A DNA stretch of 64,000 nucleotides from Styela clava (GCF_964204865.1 NC_135257.1:13950001-14014000), one strand, 5' to 3'. Shown: positions 1-12,492, numbered from the stretch's first letter. Notes: generated by a model from the letters alone, not told the origin. Numbers and translations: made by a program.

Positions 1-730
1 AAAAATGATTATGACATCTCAAATTTATCTCCTGTGGCGTTTAATTCAAAAGAATATCACTAACTGTATCTAGAAGGACACTTGAAGTAATCACTTAATT
101 GAAGTAACAAGATTGCCGATTATGAAAATCGACAATGATGAATTCAGAATAAGTTTTAGGTCGAAATACATCGGGTTTTGATAAAATAATAAAATGTCCG
201 AACCAGCACAGCGATCATGAAACTACCTCGATTCGTGAATAATTTCGAGCGATACAGAAATAAAATCACGCGAAAAACTATGGAACCATTGCGACGTAAC
301 AAGCATAAATTACAAATTATTGCGTGAAACGTTACGCTGCGGTTAACCGGTTAATTTTACCCGGTCTACGGTTAAAGTGTTTACCTTGAAATTCCCAGCC
401 CTACTCTCCACGTTTTCATCCACATATTTCGCTTGTGAATATCTGCTATCAGTTATGAACTTTATAAAGTCTCGTAATAGTAGCCCGAAAGATGGAATCG
501 GTAGTTCGTGCATTTCTTCAAAAGTTACAAAATATAAACCCAATGTAAAATCTCTATCAGCGCTAATGCAGCAGCAGAAGTTTCACTCATATAGAATAAG
601 AAAAGTAATCAAATACATATTTGTCGAAGTCGTATTTTCCCGAATAGTGAATCTGTCTGCACATGTTTAAAAGGTTTGTTATCGTGTATCTTTGCTTTGA
701 AAGTAGCAAAGAATTGTTTTTAATTTAATT

Positions 731-807
731 GGCACGCGGAAGAATCTTGTTGCTAAATTTAGCCGATTCTGGCATGCACGCGAGCCAAAAAAGGTTGCCC
801 ACCGCTG
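731..807. mobile_element. Terminus of a hAT-type non-autonomous element
   Basis: ggcacgcg...gcacgcgagccaaaaaaggttgcccaccgctg resembles hAT (Buster/Charlie) MITE ends and is followed by cactagga (nnnTAnnn target). The other end was not found. Confidence 0.5.
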
Positions 808-2804
808 CACTAGGACGTCGTGTATGATTCCCTATGTTGGTACAACATCATTGTTATGACACGTGAGAATAAGTTTGGACTGATATTGCGATTACATACA
901 TTATAAGTGTTTTGTGCAAAAAGCAAGTATGTGGTTGAGTGGGATGCGGATAAACAATTTCTGGCATCGATGTTGGGTTATGGACCTTTACCCGAGCATC
1001 GACTTCCTTGTTTACTTTGTGACATTTGCCAATCAGCAAGATGCAAAAAGTGACGTAGTTTTGCATCCGCTTAGGCACCTTCCTCGCTCAGACAGATTTT
1101 CAAGCGTGGTCATAAACATTACCTAGTTTTCGCGTTTTTGAAATCTATTCGTTAGTTTTCAGTTGTGTTTCGGATATTTAAATATATATCAAATAATTCA
1201 ATGACTACTTTTTACCTTAGGAGTTTCAGTTTAATTGCAGTCATCAAAAAATAGTGTACATAGCTGTGATAGACTAGAGGCTAAAATTCTTTACTGGTCG
1301 TTTTAAAAAACAGATGTTTGAGCTCTATGAATAGGAATAATGGATTAAAACAAATACCCCATTTTACAGACGCCAACTCCCGAAACCACTCTTAAAATAA
1401 GCACCGAAAATTTTGCAATGGTAAAGTATAGGAAGAATTTTACGGGGGCCAAAGTTCGGGGAAAGGTCTGTTGGACACGAAATGGACCTATAGATCGTTT
1501 GTGTATTATGTTGTTGTTGGAATTTTTTTTTATTGTTGTTATGTAAATATGAACACTACAGGACACAACATCCCTGTAATTTTGAATAAACAATGAAGAC
1601 TACAAAAGCTGCCCGAATTTACATGTGTTTCCATGCAACAGGAAAAATCATTCTATACTTGACCACTGCAAAAGTTTTAATATTTATTTTAGGAGTGTTT
1701 TTGCGAGTTGGCGTAAAATGAGTTACTTGTGCATATAATCATCATATTGATTCAAAATATTCAACCCCCTGTCATGGAATGCATCGATGGCATTGTCATT
1801 TGAGAATCGTAATGGAATCTTTTGTACAAATCAGCACCAAAAAACACCTCCGCCAACGGTCAAAATAGAAAAAATAGTAATTATCCAGTAAGGATTGGAA
1901 TCCAGATCGCGCTGGAAACTTGAATTTTTATATCATTACTAACTCCAACTGAATAATTATTAGTTTGGTATTTAAAAACGTGGTGCATGGAGATGTTTTT
2001 TTTCTTCGAATCTCGCATTTTTGCATTAGTGAGGGCTTCCTACAAAAAAGCCGCGTAAAGATTGAAGGCGATTGATAAAATTGATAAAAGAAAATTGCCG
2101 ATGCGGATGTGAAAAAGTGTGAATATTCTTCACGATACAGACGCAAAGTCGTGCATTAATTGAGCTGAGTAGCCTATACCAAGGAATTCTACAAATCTGG
2201 TAGGCTACTTCCAACTAATTGGTAATGGATACCAAACGAACAAAAAACTTCGTAGTCCGAAGATAATGTCTGGAAGTATGGCCGGTGACAAAGCTATTGA
2301 TGTTTTGGAATAGAGCAATGACCGCCCATTCGGCGGCGCAGGTGCCCAGCTTGCTAACTACGATTGTGATTTCCGAAAGCAGTTTATTATATTTCAATAT
2401 AGCATCTCTGGTAGGCTGATCAACTTCAATATTATTTTGACTACTACGACACTGTTGGGAATCACTGGACGATGTTTCATTAGAATTATGTCATCATTAC
2501 GCTGAAGCGCCCGTGCTTCAGTTTGATAATCGGACGAGCAAATGCTCTCAATTACAGCAAAAACATTGACTTACTTATCTAAATAGCCTACCGATTGTAA
2601 TTTAATTCCGATTGCATAGATACATCGTTCACAAAACTCCGGAGACGTGCAAACAATCATCTGAGATCCTTCTCTTGCCTGCTCACGTACAGAAAGATTA
2701 ATAAGATATTAACCGAAATTTACAGTCCATAAACATTTTTTTTATTTGAAAGAGACAAGTTGGGTAAGAACAGAAAGTAAATAAAAAAATCCGTGTCCAT
2801 CGTA

Positions 2805-3866
2805 TTAACGGGAATGTGTGGCATGGGCATCCAGTCTATTAGGTTCGGACATTTCTGTTTTAAAAATACAACATGGAAATAACCGGTTTTTCCAATCAGC
2901 AAACGAAAAGCAGATACCAAACATGTTTACAAGAAGATTTATGTCATAGAAGATATTTGAGATTAAAATAGTTGATGTTGCCATGGTGACTAGTGCAGCA
3001 ATAACATCAGATATAACGCAAACAAGAGTAACCAGAAAAACTCGATTGATGAGAGGTTTCACCGTATCCGTCATTTGATAGGGTTGCTGCGCGGTTTTCA
3101 TCATTTTGCGATGACGCACGATAGGATATAAGAATAAGGCCAAGAGCAAAGTTTGAAAAATTACTGTTGTGCCAATTAATATCAGCCAAGGTATAAACTT
3201 AGCAATTGATGTTTTCTTGAGTGCGCATCCAAAATCTGACTTTGTATACGATCTTGTAGTTAGGAACAAAACTGCTGTTGCTATAAACCCATTAATCATT
3301 GTGAAAATAATAAACCAACTTGCAAATTGAGTTCTCGTGGAACTGAAAAGACGCATCGCTGGATGCATATACATTATCCTTTGACGCGCCCAAAGAAATG
3401 CGTATATAGTTGCTATTGGCAATGAGTACAGCACAATGTGAACTTTTAAGATAACAGTGCAAAGAAAGTCAGATTTTCCTCCAAAAAACAATTGTAGTTG
3501 TTCTGATGCAATCCTCAAAGTTGTAAACACAGCTCCTGCAATGCACATTCTTTCTAAAATTGCCAGATGTTTTTTTGCATCGACTTTTAAATCATTTGGT
3601 CGTACTGACGATGAATTGCCAAATCCTGGACGATTGTTCCGTATATTTTCTTGTTTTTCCAATTGTTGTTTTTTGTCATTAGTTAATAAGAAGCTGTGAA
3701 TCACGAGTGCGATAGATATATAAAGACTCACAAACAGTGATGAAATATTTACGATGATGACAATAATCCATGTGCTTGTGACTTTAAAACCTTGGGTGTA
3801 TGGTTCCGTAGTATCAAATTCGGACACTGTCGTATTAAATGAAATCCCGAACTTTGGAGTAGTCAT
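2805..3866 (-). CDS. Intronless 7-transmembrane GPCR-like receptor, 353 aa, atypical class A-like orphan
   Basis: Single 353-aa ATG-to-stop ORF with seven hydrophobic segments. It has an N-terminal sequon (NTT), Cys at the top of TM3 (DFLC) and in ECL2 (DFGC) for the conserved disulfide, YAFLWARQR at the DRY position, LFLYP in TM5, YDINLLVN in TM7, and a helix-8-like FADWKNRLFPCC with palmitoylatable Cys. Confidence 0.88.
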   Translation of the reverse strand: MTTPKFGISFNTTVSEFDTTEPYTQGFKVTSTWIIVIIVNISSLFVSLYISIALVIHSFLLTNDKKQQLEKQENIRNNRPGFGNSSSVRPNDLKVDAKKHLAILERMCIAGAVFTTLRIASEQLQLFFGGKSDFLCTVILKVHIVLYSLPIATIYAFLWARQRIMYMHPAMRLFSSTRTQFASWFIIFTMINGFIATAVLFLTTRSYTKSDFGCALKKTSIAKFIPWLILIGTTVIFQTLLLALFLYPIVRHRKMMKTAQQPYQMTDTVKPLINRVFLVTLVCVISDVIAALVTMATSTILISNIFYDINLLVNMFGICFSFADWKNRLFPCCIFKTEMSEPNRLDAHATHSR

Positions 3867-6029
3867 TTAAAAATTTTCAAATTTTAAACACTTGAAGTAA
3901 ATCAGTAGTTACTCTGAATTCAAGTTTTTTTTACTGAGAATAACAAAAATTGATTGCGTCAAACTTTTTTCTGGCGACTCCACTTTCCGTATCTCAAATG
4001 TCATGAAGCAGCAAGCTTCAATATTCGTACGGCAAGTGATGCAATATATTGGAAGCAATGATAACATGGCAGCCATCTCGTACCAAATTCCCATAAAGTT
4101 TTAATTCGTCAATTAGTCTACAATCGAAATTAACAAGCTCTAAACACTGACGCTCCCTCATTTTATCAATCGCGAATTCCTTTCGATGCTTTGTTTTACT
4201 TGAAACATAGGCTTGCTCCTATGTAAACACTTTTTTGAGTCTTAGACAAAATTTTGCTATATATATGCTAGCTTTTTGTTAAAGCGTCCAAAATTGCAGG
4301 GTATAGAAAATGAAGCAAAGAACATATTAAATTTTATCATTTACTGGTCATATTTTCCAATTCTAACGAGGGCTAGAAAAATGTCACATCGTATATTTAC
4401 AATTTTATTTTTGCTTACTATATTTGGAATAACATACTTGTTTCGCACGACATAGCAATCATTTTAATAATCATTTTAACATCATTTTAAACCAATATGC
4501 GTCGGTAAGCCATACGCTGGAGTACTGGGCACGTTTCAATAATACTCTTTTTATGATTATTCGCACGCTACAGGAGGTCAAGAGCCAGACAAATTGACCT
4601 GAAAAGACAATCACGTTCATAAAGCTCCCAAAGGGAAACAATAAGATTCTAATGACAAACCGTCCAATCGTATGACTCTTTCTAAATGTTATTTTTACCA
4701 ACACTCGCTTGGATGGTATGCTTTCAAAAGCGATAGAGGTTTATATATATATGCAAATTTCTATCAACAATATTATTGTATAAATTAGTAAAATATTGTA
4801 TAAATTAATATATGAAACATTAATTGTGATCATTTTCATTGCTAATTCCGATGATGTCATGTTTTGAGAAATACATCATCTGTTTGTACTGTACATTTTA
4901 TAATTTTCTTATGCATAATTCCATGATGGATATATTTTTTTGAAATAATATCCTGTACTTTTGCCGGTCGTACAATCAATGTGAAATTCTAGAGTTTCAA
5001 TGTGAGACTCTTCCATGAATCGATATGAGTATTGTATCATATTGTTTGCGTGTCTATAGGTGGATTTATGTTTACTGGACAATTTCGACAACTATTATGG
5101 TATATATATAACAACCATACATACGATATGCATTGTTTGCGTTAATTTTCAATTTACTCTTATTACGAAAATTTCGAAAAGACACTAGTGAAGTACGTAA
5201 TTAGAGTCAACATTTTTAATAAAAAAATTCTATACGAGTCCTCTTAAACTGCCGTTGATAGTCCATGGCGTTTTTCTTGGGTCTACCTTAAAAAATGTTT
5301 GTATTTCATTACGTAAGCTATTAACATTACACGCTTTACGTCTAATACATAACTTTCAAAACGCAAAATATATTGTAAGGCCGTCAGCTGCAGTGCATAT
5401 TACTTAATTTCTGCGGTCCTCTAACGTTGAAAACGAAAATCAAGAACGGGTTTGTTGATCAACACGACTTCCCAAGGACAGGTTCGCATGTTCCCAGTGC
5501 ACCATGCAACGTGAGTAAGTCTCGGGCTATATGGTTAGTTTTCAGAATAATATTTTTCAGATATACACTCCTTTGTTACTATAGTTTTCACTACTAAACA
5601 CGGAATTTCGAACTCGACAAACTCGCACATCTGTAACATTGGGCGAATAAGTTAATTAAAATTATTGATTATAATAAGAAAGTAACGTTCGAGTATATCG
5701 ACACGAAATGTTAAAACAGTGTTTCCATGAATTCAAAATGAAAGAGTAAAATTGGGCTAAATATTGACTCTCGTGAATCTCATGAAATTTTAAAAAATAA
5801 ATAAAGTTAATAGATTTCTTCCATTTTCAAATGTTGAAAATTTGAAATCGGTTGGCACTACAGTTGAGAAATGAGCGTTTTTTCACTGAAACAGCCCGAA
5901 GCATTTCAACATGACCGAAAAGAACAACTTAGCGTTTCGTGTCCAGAAATTTCTGGTAAGCAAGACGAATACGCGCTTAAGTACGTATAATTTCAATAAT
6001 TGCATAAACAGTCAACTTCAATCGACTCT

Positions 6030-6443
6030 TTAACATTCTTTTACAGTAGTAATGTTCCACAGGTCATCACTTTGATCTGAGTCGTATTCTAGATTTGAAA
6101 ATGAAAACGCATTCGTTTTTTCTGTCTGACTTCTTCTGTCCTGTTCCCACTCGAGGTTAAAATTCATTCCAACTGAGGACGAATTATTGAACTGAGTGCT
6201 GGAATAAATCCCGCCAGACCCAAGATCGAGGTCGTCGGGACTTTCAGTAGGTGGGTCGTATGGCGGGGGTTTTCTTTTCTCGGGTTTTACCACTCCACTG
6301 AGTTCCTCCGAGGAAGTATCATCCGAAGATACGCTGCTGCTGCTCACCATCGACCCTCCTTTATGTCTGTCAACAACCTGGCCAGTGGATCCATAAACCG
6401 GGGCATCTTGACGGTAGGTTCTGGTAGTGAGACCGATGTCATC
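6030..6443 (-). CDS. LRR receptor exon 6 (Ser/acidic cytoplasmic tail with PPPY)
   Basis: tttaattaag|DDIGLTTRTYRQDAPVYGSTGQVVDRHKGGS runs in frame into ORF 6030-6350 (...KPPPYDPP...TTVKEC*). Confidence 0.8.
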   Translation of the reverse strand, partial: DDIGLTTRTYRQDAPVYGSTGQVVDRHKGGSMVSSSSVSSDDTSSEELSGVVKPEKRKPPPYDPPTESPDDLDLGSGGIYSSTQFNNSSSVGMNFNLEWEQDRRSQTEKTNAFSFSNLEYDSDQSDDLWNITTVKEC

Positions 6444-9400
6444 CTTAATTAAATTAAATACGTATTGTTACTAAAACCCATTTATATTGTGAGATAAATT
6501 GAGCAAAGACACATTCATATTAAATGTTTACAAAACTGTGCTGGCACTCCACTAAAAAATGCTAAAATTGTTCTATTTGCCGAAATTGTGCATATATTCA
6601 ATATGGGACCACCAGGCAGTTTCGAAAAATATTTTATTTTGTAATTTATTTCTGTTTTGTCATAAAATCAAATTACTGTATTCAATGAATACTTACGTCA
6701 CTATCTCCACCTCTTGAATTGGGAAGATTATTGACAAACTCAGCAAATGCTTTTCCGTGTTGTCTGATGTGATATTTATGAACAACAATTGTCGTCAATA
6801 TTACGACAATAACTACAACTGCTAATAGTATGAGCACGATGTGAGCGTCTGTGAGGTGATTGAAAAAGTTTCCGCCACTTGGTGAAATTTCGAATCTTAA
6901 TCCCGAAGTTTCGTTTACAGTGTTCATGTCGTTTACTGTCTCGCTGTTGACTGTCTGTGAAGCTGTGAAATAAGTTGCTCATGAATGTATAAATTCACTG
7001 ATTATAGGGCGATGACGAAATGGTTTCAAAACTGTTTGCGTTGGATGCCATTACATTTACACAAAGCGATCAGTGAATTATTTTATTTAAGAGGTAGTGA
7101 GATATGTCTGGGTAATTTGAACAACTGATTTTATTTGAAACATTATTTTGAATTACTACACTTACCAATTGTTGGGGAAACTACCGTGGTTGCGCTAAGA
7201 ATACTTTCGACTGCCATTTCGGAATTCGAAGCGTCGTCATTTTGATTGTCGCAAGATGTCGCTTTTAGACCATCTTCTGTAATATCTCCAATGCTATGAT
7301 TTTTGTATTTTTCTGGCCAACTGCATACAATATTATACTCATTTCTCGAGTTTAAATCATTTGGGAGAGCTTTGACAAACTGTCTATAATTTATCGCTTT
7401 TTCGCCGCAACATCTCCACGGATTTTCCGAGAAGTCTGGTTCGCTGATAATCAGTTCTCCATTGTTTACTACGAGTATTTCAAACCATCCTTTATTTGGT
7501 GCAGTGAGTTGATTATTATACAGATCTAGACGCTTAAGTCGATCTTGGTATGAGAATGCATCTTCCGCAATTTTTGTAATCTAAACAAAATATATTCGAA
7601 CGAAATTGTCAATGATGTTACATTTTTTCCCAAGTTTCCAAACCTTTAGGAACAGTCACTGTCAGATACAGAACAAAGATTTTAATTGAAAGCTTCTTCC
7701 TAAAACATGAGTGGTCTGCATATTCGCTAATTAGATATAGCTTCACCATTAGAATTCGCTTGTGTGTAAATAGGTAGTCTCACCTTGTTTGAAGCAATCA
7801 ATAAACTTTCCAAATTCGTTAACGATGAAAACTGATCTGTGATTTCTGTCAGCATGTTTTTATCCAGGTCAAGATAAACCAGTGAAGGCGTATATACAAA
7901 CACTGCGGGTGATATTTCAAAAATAAATGATTTTGAAAGAAAAAGTGTTTCCAGTTCCGCTAATCCAAAAAATGTTTGATCGTTGAGACCTGTGTGAAAA
8001 TTTTTCACAATTTTTATTATACCATATAAATTATTTTTTCCGAGTTGGGGAGTGTATTTAAAAGCAGAATTGTGAGTTTTATCTACGATGCTATAGTGTA
8101 CGTTGTTCGATGCCTGTTTAACGTTTCATCGATTTCAATAATGTTAAATAAGCAAAGTTGCCTTTCATTTGAGGTCATACTCGACTATGCCAGATTGTCC
8201 TCTAGTCTAGAACTTCTTAGATAGGTTTCTCTTTTCACTCAACTGTTATAAATGAGACCTATTACTTTTAAGCATCTAGGCCCAAAGTGCTACTAGCTAG
8301 GGATAATGAAAATGGGTAATATGCTGAACAAAAGTTTAACACCCTGAAATAATAAACTTCCTGGTTTTAGAACATCCCCGTAGTGTATCTCGCTCATTGG
8401 CGATGTGGAGCATACTGATTTAGTAGTGATGTCAATGACTATTGCCCAGGTCTTTTATCGCAACACGCCAATCATAAAGTCATTACATTTGCCATAATTA
8501 ATACACATTTAGCTTCGAATGAAATTTTTTACATCCAATAAATGTGATGTTATTGTGTACAACCATTCAAAATGACTACAACGATGATGTTCTAATAAAT
8601 TGCTTACTAATCGCCAAATATTGATTTTATAAATTGCCTCAAAATGTTATTAAACATGCAATCCTTTTTAATTTTCGATAAAAAAAACAAATACAGCCAT
8701 GCCATGAAATATTTTCGAGTTAAATTTTCGAAAAAATTACGTATTGCTTTACGTTAAATTTTATTTCCGATACCATTGATTGTCATATTCTCTTTCTATT
8801 GATTACGTTGCGATGGTATATATATTTTACTAAAATGCACGATTGCGATTGAAATATAATTTGCAAAAGAGTTCACTAGGATCACTATAAACCGTCGCAA
8901 CTGTGCGCGGGCCTGTACAACACCAAAGTGACTATAGTCAGATAGTCATTTATAGTGAGATAGTCACTTTGTACAACACACGATCCGCAAGCAGCATGTG
9001 GCCTGCAAAATCTTAATGTATGCGACCGCCAGAAAGTATATAAAGTTTTACTTATGCATACAAAAATATGAGCGATCGGTGCTGAAGAACAATCATATGT
9101 TAATTCTAGATAAATCCGTTCAAATATTTAAATGACCAACTCGAATAACTTGTCCGATTACTTTCGCGTCCGACGTATCAGTATTTATTTTATCGCCATA
9201 AAGAAAATACACTTGATGCGGACAATAGAAAGAAAAGACAAGAATATGGCATGTCAGGGTTAGAAGTGGCGCGTATGATTTTGGGACTATGAATCTCTGT
9301 TACATCATAATATTTCTGGCACTGTTTGGGACAAATGTATGAGAATGCACAAAATTGTTACGTTTGGATCCAGCATTTTTCCACAAAACAGCAATGACCA

Positions 9401-10218
9401 GAAAATAAGATTGAAAACTGACAAATGAATAAAACAAACAATTAAATGAATATTTATGAGAATCTTTTGCCGGCAAAGATGCAACATATCTCATTAAAGA
9501 TTGATTGTGCTGTGTGGAATTGATCACATATTACACTGTTTATAGGCTGTATTACGAAAATAGATGTTATATCGAGACTAATGATAACTAGTGGCTCACG
9601 AACAATTATTTTTGTTTGTTGCGGTCCTTTCGTTCATTTGAGTTTTGCAGGCCTAGTCACTGTATAGTAAGAATAATTGCAACTATTTCGACTAACATAC
9701 TTCTGAAATTGTTGTTACTCAGATCCAACTTTCTTAAACTGCCTAGATTCATGAATGCACGATCCTCAATTGCCAGTAATCCAGCGTCGTTTAGGTAGAG
9801 TTGGGTCAATGTTAGATTATTCAGATTGTCCATCTATTAATAAAAAAATCATGAGTTGAATTCTTATAGTTATTTTGAGATACAGAAAAGAATTTAAGAC
9901 GGTTTATTTATATGGCTATCAGATCTAACCTCATTGAAACGCCAAACAATTCAACTTTTTAAATTTTTATCACCTATATTGGCATACCTTATCTCCAAGT
10001 AGAACAGAACCTATTGTGCTCCCACCTAAATCCAAAATGCCAGTTTCCTCGGGAAGGTTATTCGGTATATTAGATACTCCAACACATTTCACGTATCCGC
10101 CTGCTTCATTGAGATTTTGGCAATCACAATCTTCATTCGGCTCAGGGCAAGATACTATACCTTCACAACTATGCAACAAGCATATAATCAGTGCAGATGT
10201 AAAACTGTACGCCAGCAT
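6030..10218 (-). CDS. Leucine-rich-repeat type I transmembrane protein, 6 exons, 554 aa, no TIR domain
   Basis: Exons 10218-9988, 9833-9701, 7989-7784, 7580-7166, 6962-6697 and 6443-6030. All introns are GT-AG and the phases join in frame (1665 nt). The protein has a signal peptide MLAYSFTSALIICLLHSCEG, LRRNT CPEPNEDCDC...VKC, LxxLxLxxNxL repeats (e.g. LRKLDLSNNNF, LVYLDLDKNML, LKRLDLYNNQL), LRRCT ENPWRCC...C.WP...C, and TM IVLILLAVVVIVVILTTIVV. Confidence 0.88.
6697..6962 (-). CDS. LRR receptor exon 5 (stalk, TM helix, juxtamembrane)
   Basis: ttatttcacag|...HIVLILLAVVVIVVILTTIVVHKYHIRQHGK...GGDSD|gtaagt. Confidence 0.85.
7166..7580 (-). CDS. LRR receptor exon 4 (last LRR, LRRCT, start of stalk)
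   Basis: ttttgtttag|ITKIAEDAFSYQDRLKRLDLYNNQL...ENPWRCC...VCSWPEKY...TSC...VSPTI+G|gtaagt; open for 415 nt. Confidence 0.88.
7784..7989 (-). CDS. LRR receptor exon 3 (LRRs)
   Basis: ttttcacacag|(S)LNDQTFFGLAELETLFLS...LESLLIASNK|gtgaga; the phase-1 join gives NNNFRSLNDQTF. Confidence 0.85.
8908..9030. mobile_element. Decayed hAT-like MITE end (host of the 48-bp insertion)
   Basis: With the insert removed, it reads cgggcctgtacaacacacgatccgcaagcagcatgtggcctgc...gcgaccgcc, resembling hAT MITE subtermini (cggcccgcgggccgcatgcggccc). Confidence 0.4.
8924..8971. mobile_element. 48-bp minimal TIR element with 8-bp TSD, nested in a decayed MITE in LRR-gene intron 2
   Basis: Perfect 12-bp TIR caaagtgactat/atagtcactttg, flanked by a perfect direct repeat tacaacac (8916-8923 and 8972-8979). 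Confidence 0.8.
9701..9833 (-). CDS. LRR receptor exon 2 (LRRs)
   Basis: ttaatag|MDNLNNLTLTQLYLNDAGLLAIEDRAFMNLGSLRKLDLSNNNFR+A|gtatgt. Not in the ORF track. Confidence 0.88.
9988..10218 (-). CDS. LRR receptor exon 1 (signal peptide, LRRNT, first LRR)
   Basis: ATG at 10218 with an in-frame TAA shortly upstream; donor AAG|gtatgc, phase 0. Confidence 0.85.
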
Positions 10219-12420
10219 GATGCTGTATCTATACAATTAATGAAAATGATTTGTTTCAGTCAAATTTATATTTTTTGTATAACAAACATACTATCTGAAT
10301 AGTCAGGCTTACACAGTAGAAGTATAAAATAAGGAGAATAGGGTGTAAAATTCTTTAAAACCCGAGATACTATACTATACCTATGACGATATCTTCGATC
10401 GCTTTCAATGGTGAAACCATGATGCGCAGCAAATGACGTTCAACTCATATTAATCATATTTCGTTGAGGTACGTTATTATAAATAATAAAACGAAGTTGG
10501 TGCGTAATCTACCTACTTATATTATTTCATGTTAAGAATATATCACCGCCTCTTAGTCATTGCTAACTCCTATTGGTTATCAATGCATGCAGACTAAGCT
10601 CACTACAACTGGTGAAATACAATGCAATTGATCCTACATTCTATCCTACAGTTTCTGTTGCGAAACGAAAACTTGAAAACCTGTATCGTTGATAATAATT
10701 AGTAAAAGGTGGCCATAAAACAGAACCCATATCCCTCGGAACATATTCTCGGAAGAACATAACCGCGCAAAGCTTCTCAGATTACTGGAACTGTTAGATG
10801 CAATCATACACAAATAAAAGTTCAAATATTAAATAAATTTTGTTTTATTTTTGTCATCATTTTTTATTGTACACTCTTCGATCGAATACCAATAGATAGT
10901 AGCAACCGTATAACCAAGTGATCACAATCAAAATTTGTGCTATTCAAATAAAATAAAAGCAAAGACAAACGTTGTGCAAATTTTTTGATTGGCGATATTC
11001 TACTAAAACTATGTAAATTAAAAGTAAATTGAAAAAGTCTCAACGTGTTCCCATCTACGATATTAGATCGGTTTTATTCACGGCATGTTAAAATAAAACT
11101 GTGACTGCTGAATCTAGCACTAACTTGTGGAACATGTTCAATACATTTCCGTTTTTTAATGCTGATTGAACTAAAGAATAAGCTATATACATAGTATATT
11201 TTATCGACAATAAACATTCTGATGACATTGCTTCTGTTACTTCTGAAAAAGTGCTCACGTATTGTCGGTGTACAAAGTTACCCTAACAATTCAATCTACA
11301 CTTCTAATGATTTGTTCTAAAGTATCTAAGGTACTTTATCATTTAATATTAATCATGCTTTCAGATAAGCTTTCTATATAGCGAGGTATAGTCTGTTGTT
11401 CTTGATTTTAAAGTCGATTGTTCAAATGCGTCAAAAATCGTTTTATGCCAACTGTCATCGCGTCATACTTTCATTCTATTTAAAATTGTATCATGATAGC
11501 AAAATGAATTCATGTTTTCCATATTACGTTTTATAGTAAAACCTGACTGAAAATTTCTAATTACTACTTAGTTTACTGCTTTATTAAGAACTAAGTCTGC
11601 GCAATAAGTTACAAAGTTGCTATTTCTATAAAAGGATTGTGCTTCTTATCAACTATCCGTACTTTGTTGAATATAATTTGACCAACAATTTCTATCACAC
11701 TTTTTAGTCATGATAAGTCTATATATTTGCTCAAGAAAATGTTCCAATGAATCACGACGTTTCCAAATTTACATTTGCATTGAATAGTAGTTGTAAGCGA
11801 CGCACGCGCATCAGGAAATGATGTTTTAGATGCGTCGTATTGTATTTTATAAGCAATGTAACCTGTGACGTAACTTCTAGGTAGCCTATACATGCAAAAT
11901 GTATACAAATAAAGACCAAATTTAGTGCGATTTCAAAAAGTATACAGTGTTACAAGTATACTAAAAGCAGCAAGCCATCTGTAGTACTAATCAAACAGTA
12001 AAATGCACACGAATAATGATTATATGACAAAATAAGAACAAGCATAAAATTTATGATTCAATAAACCGGTGTAAAACCAAAAAATCTATGAACAATATAC
12101 AGTCTTAAACAAGATTAAATATTTGTAAATTCACTGAACGATATATTGAACTGTAAATTGAGAAATTGTAGATTTTACAGCAATGGCAAACAAAGTCTCT
12201 CCGAATTGAAAGTCGATATCGATTCATCGATAAGATTTATAAATATAATCAATTTTTTTGGTAAATATCTACACATTACAGTATTTCCAATTCGATATAT
12301 ACAATGTTTATCCTTTACAATAGTGCGTTGGCACGCTGTTCTATACGAATTTTGTATATATTCATATACATTCATGGCTTTTATTATATTCAAAACATAT
12401 ATATAGTATATTGCTTTCTT

Positions 12421-12492
12421 TCAATCTCTTGGTGGAATGGTTGGAACGATTTCAGTAGAATATGCTGAATCTGCACTTCCTATCATCGATGT
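12421..12492 (-). CDS. Adaptor-like gene exon 7 (terminal)
   Basis: tgattcag|TSMIGSADSAYSTEIVPTIPPRD*TGA. Confidence 0.78.
   Translation of the reverse strand, partial: TSMIGSADSAYSTEIVPTIPPRD

Noticed and set aside
2030-2580. GC-richer stretch downstream of the 7TM gene with protein-like fragments
   Set aside because: Stops occur in every frame I translated, with no recognisable motif or splice chain. It may be a decayed element but cannot be supported.
10219-10236. ORF-track start (TTG) of LRR exon 1, and the GTG/TTG starts of many other track ORFs
   Set aside because: This is a eukaryotic locus. The ATG at 10218 begins a clean signal peptide, so the alternative starts are artefacts of the track.
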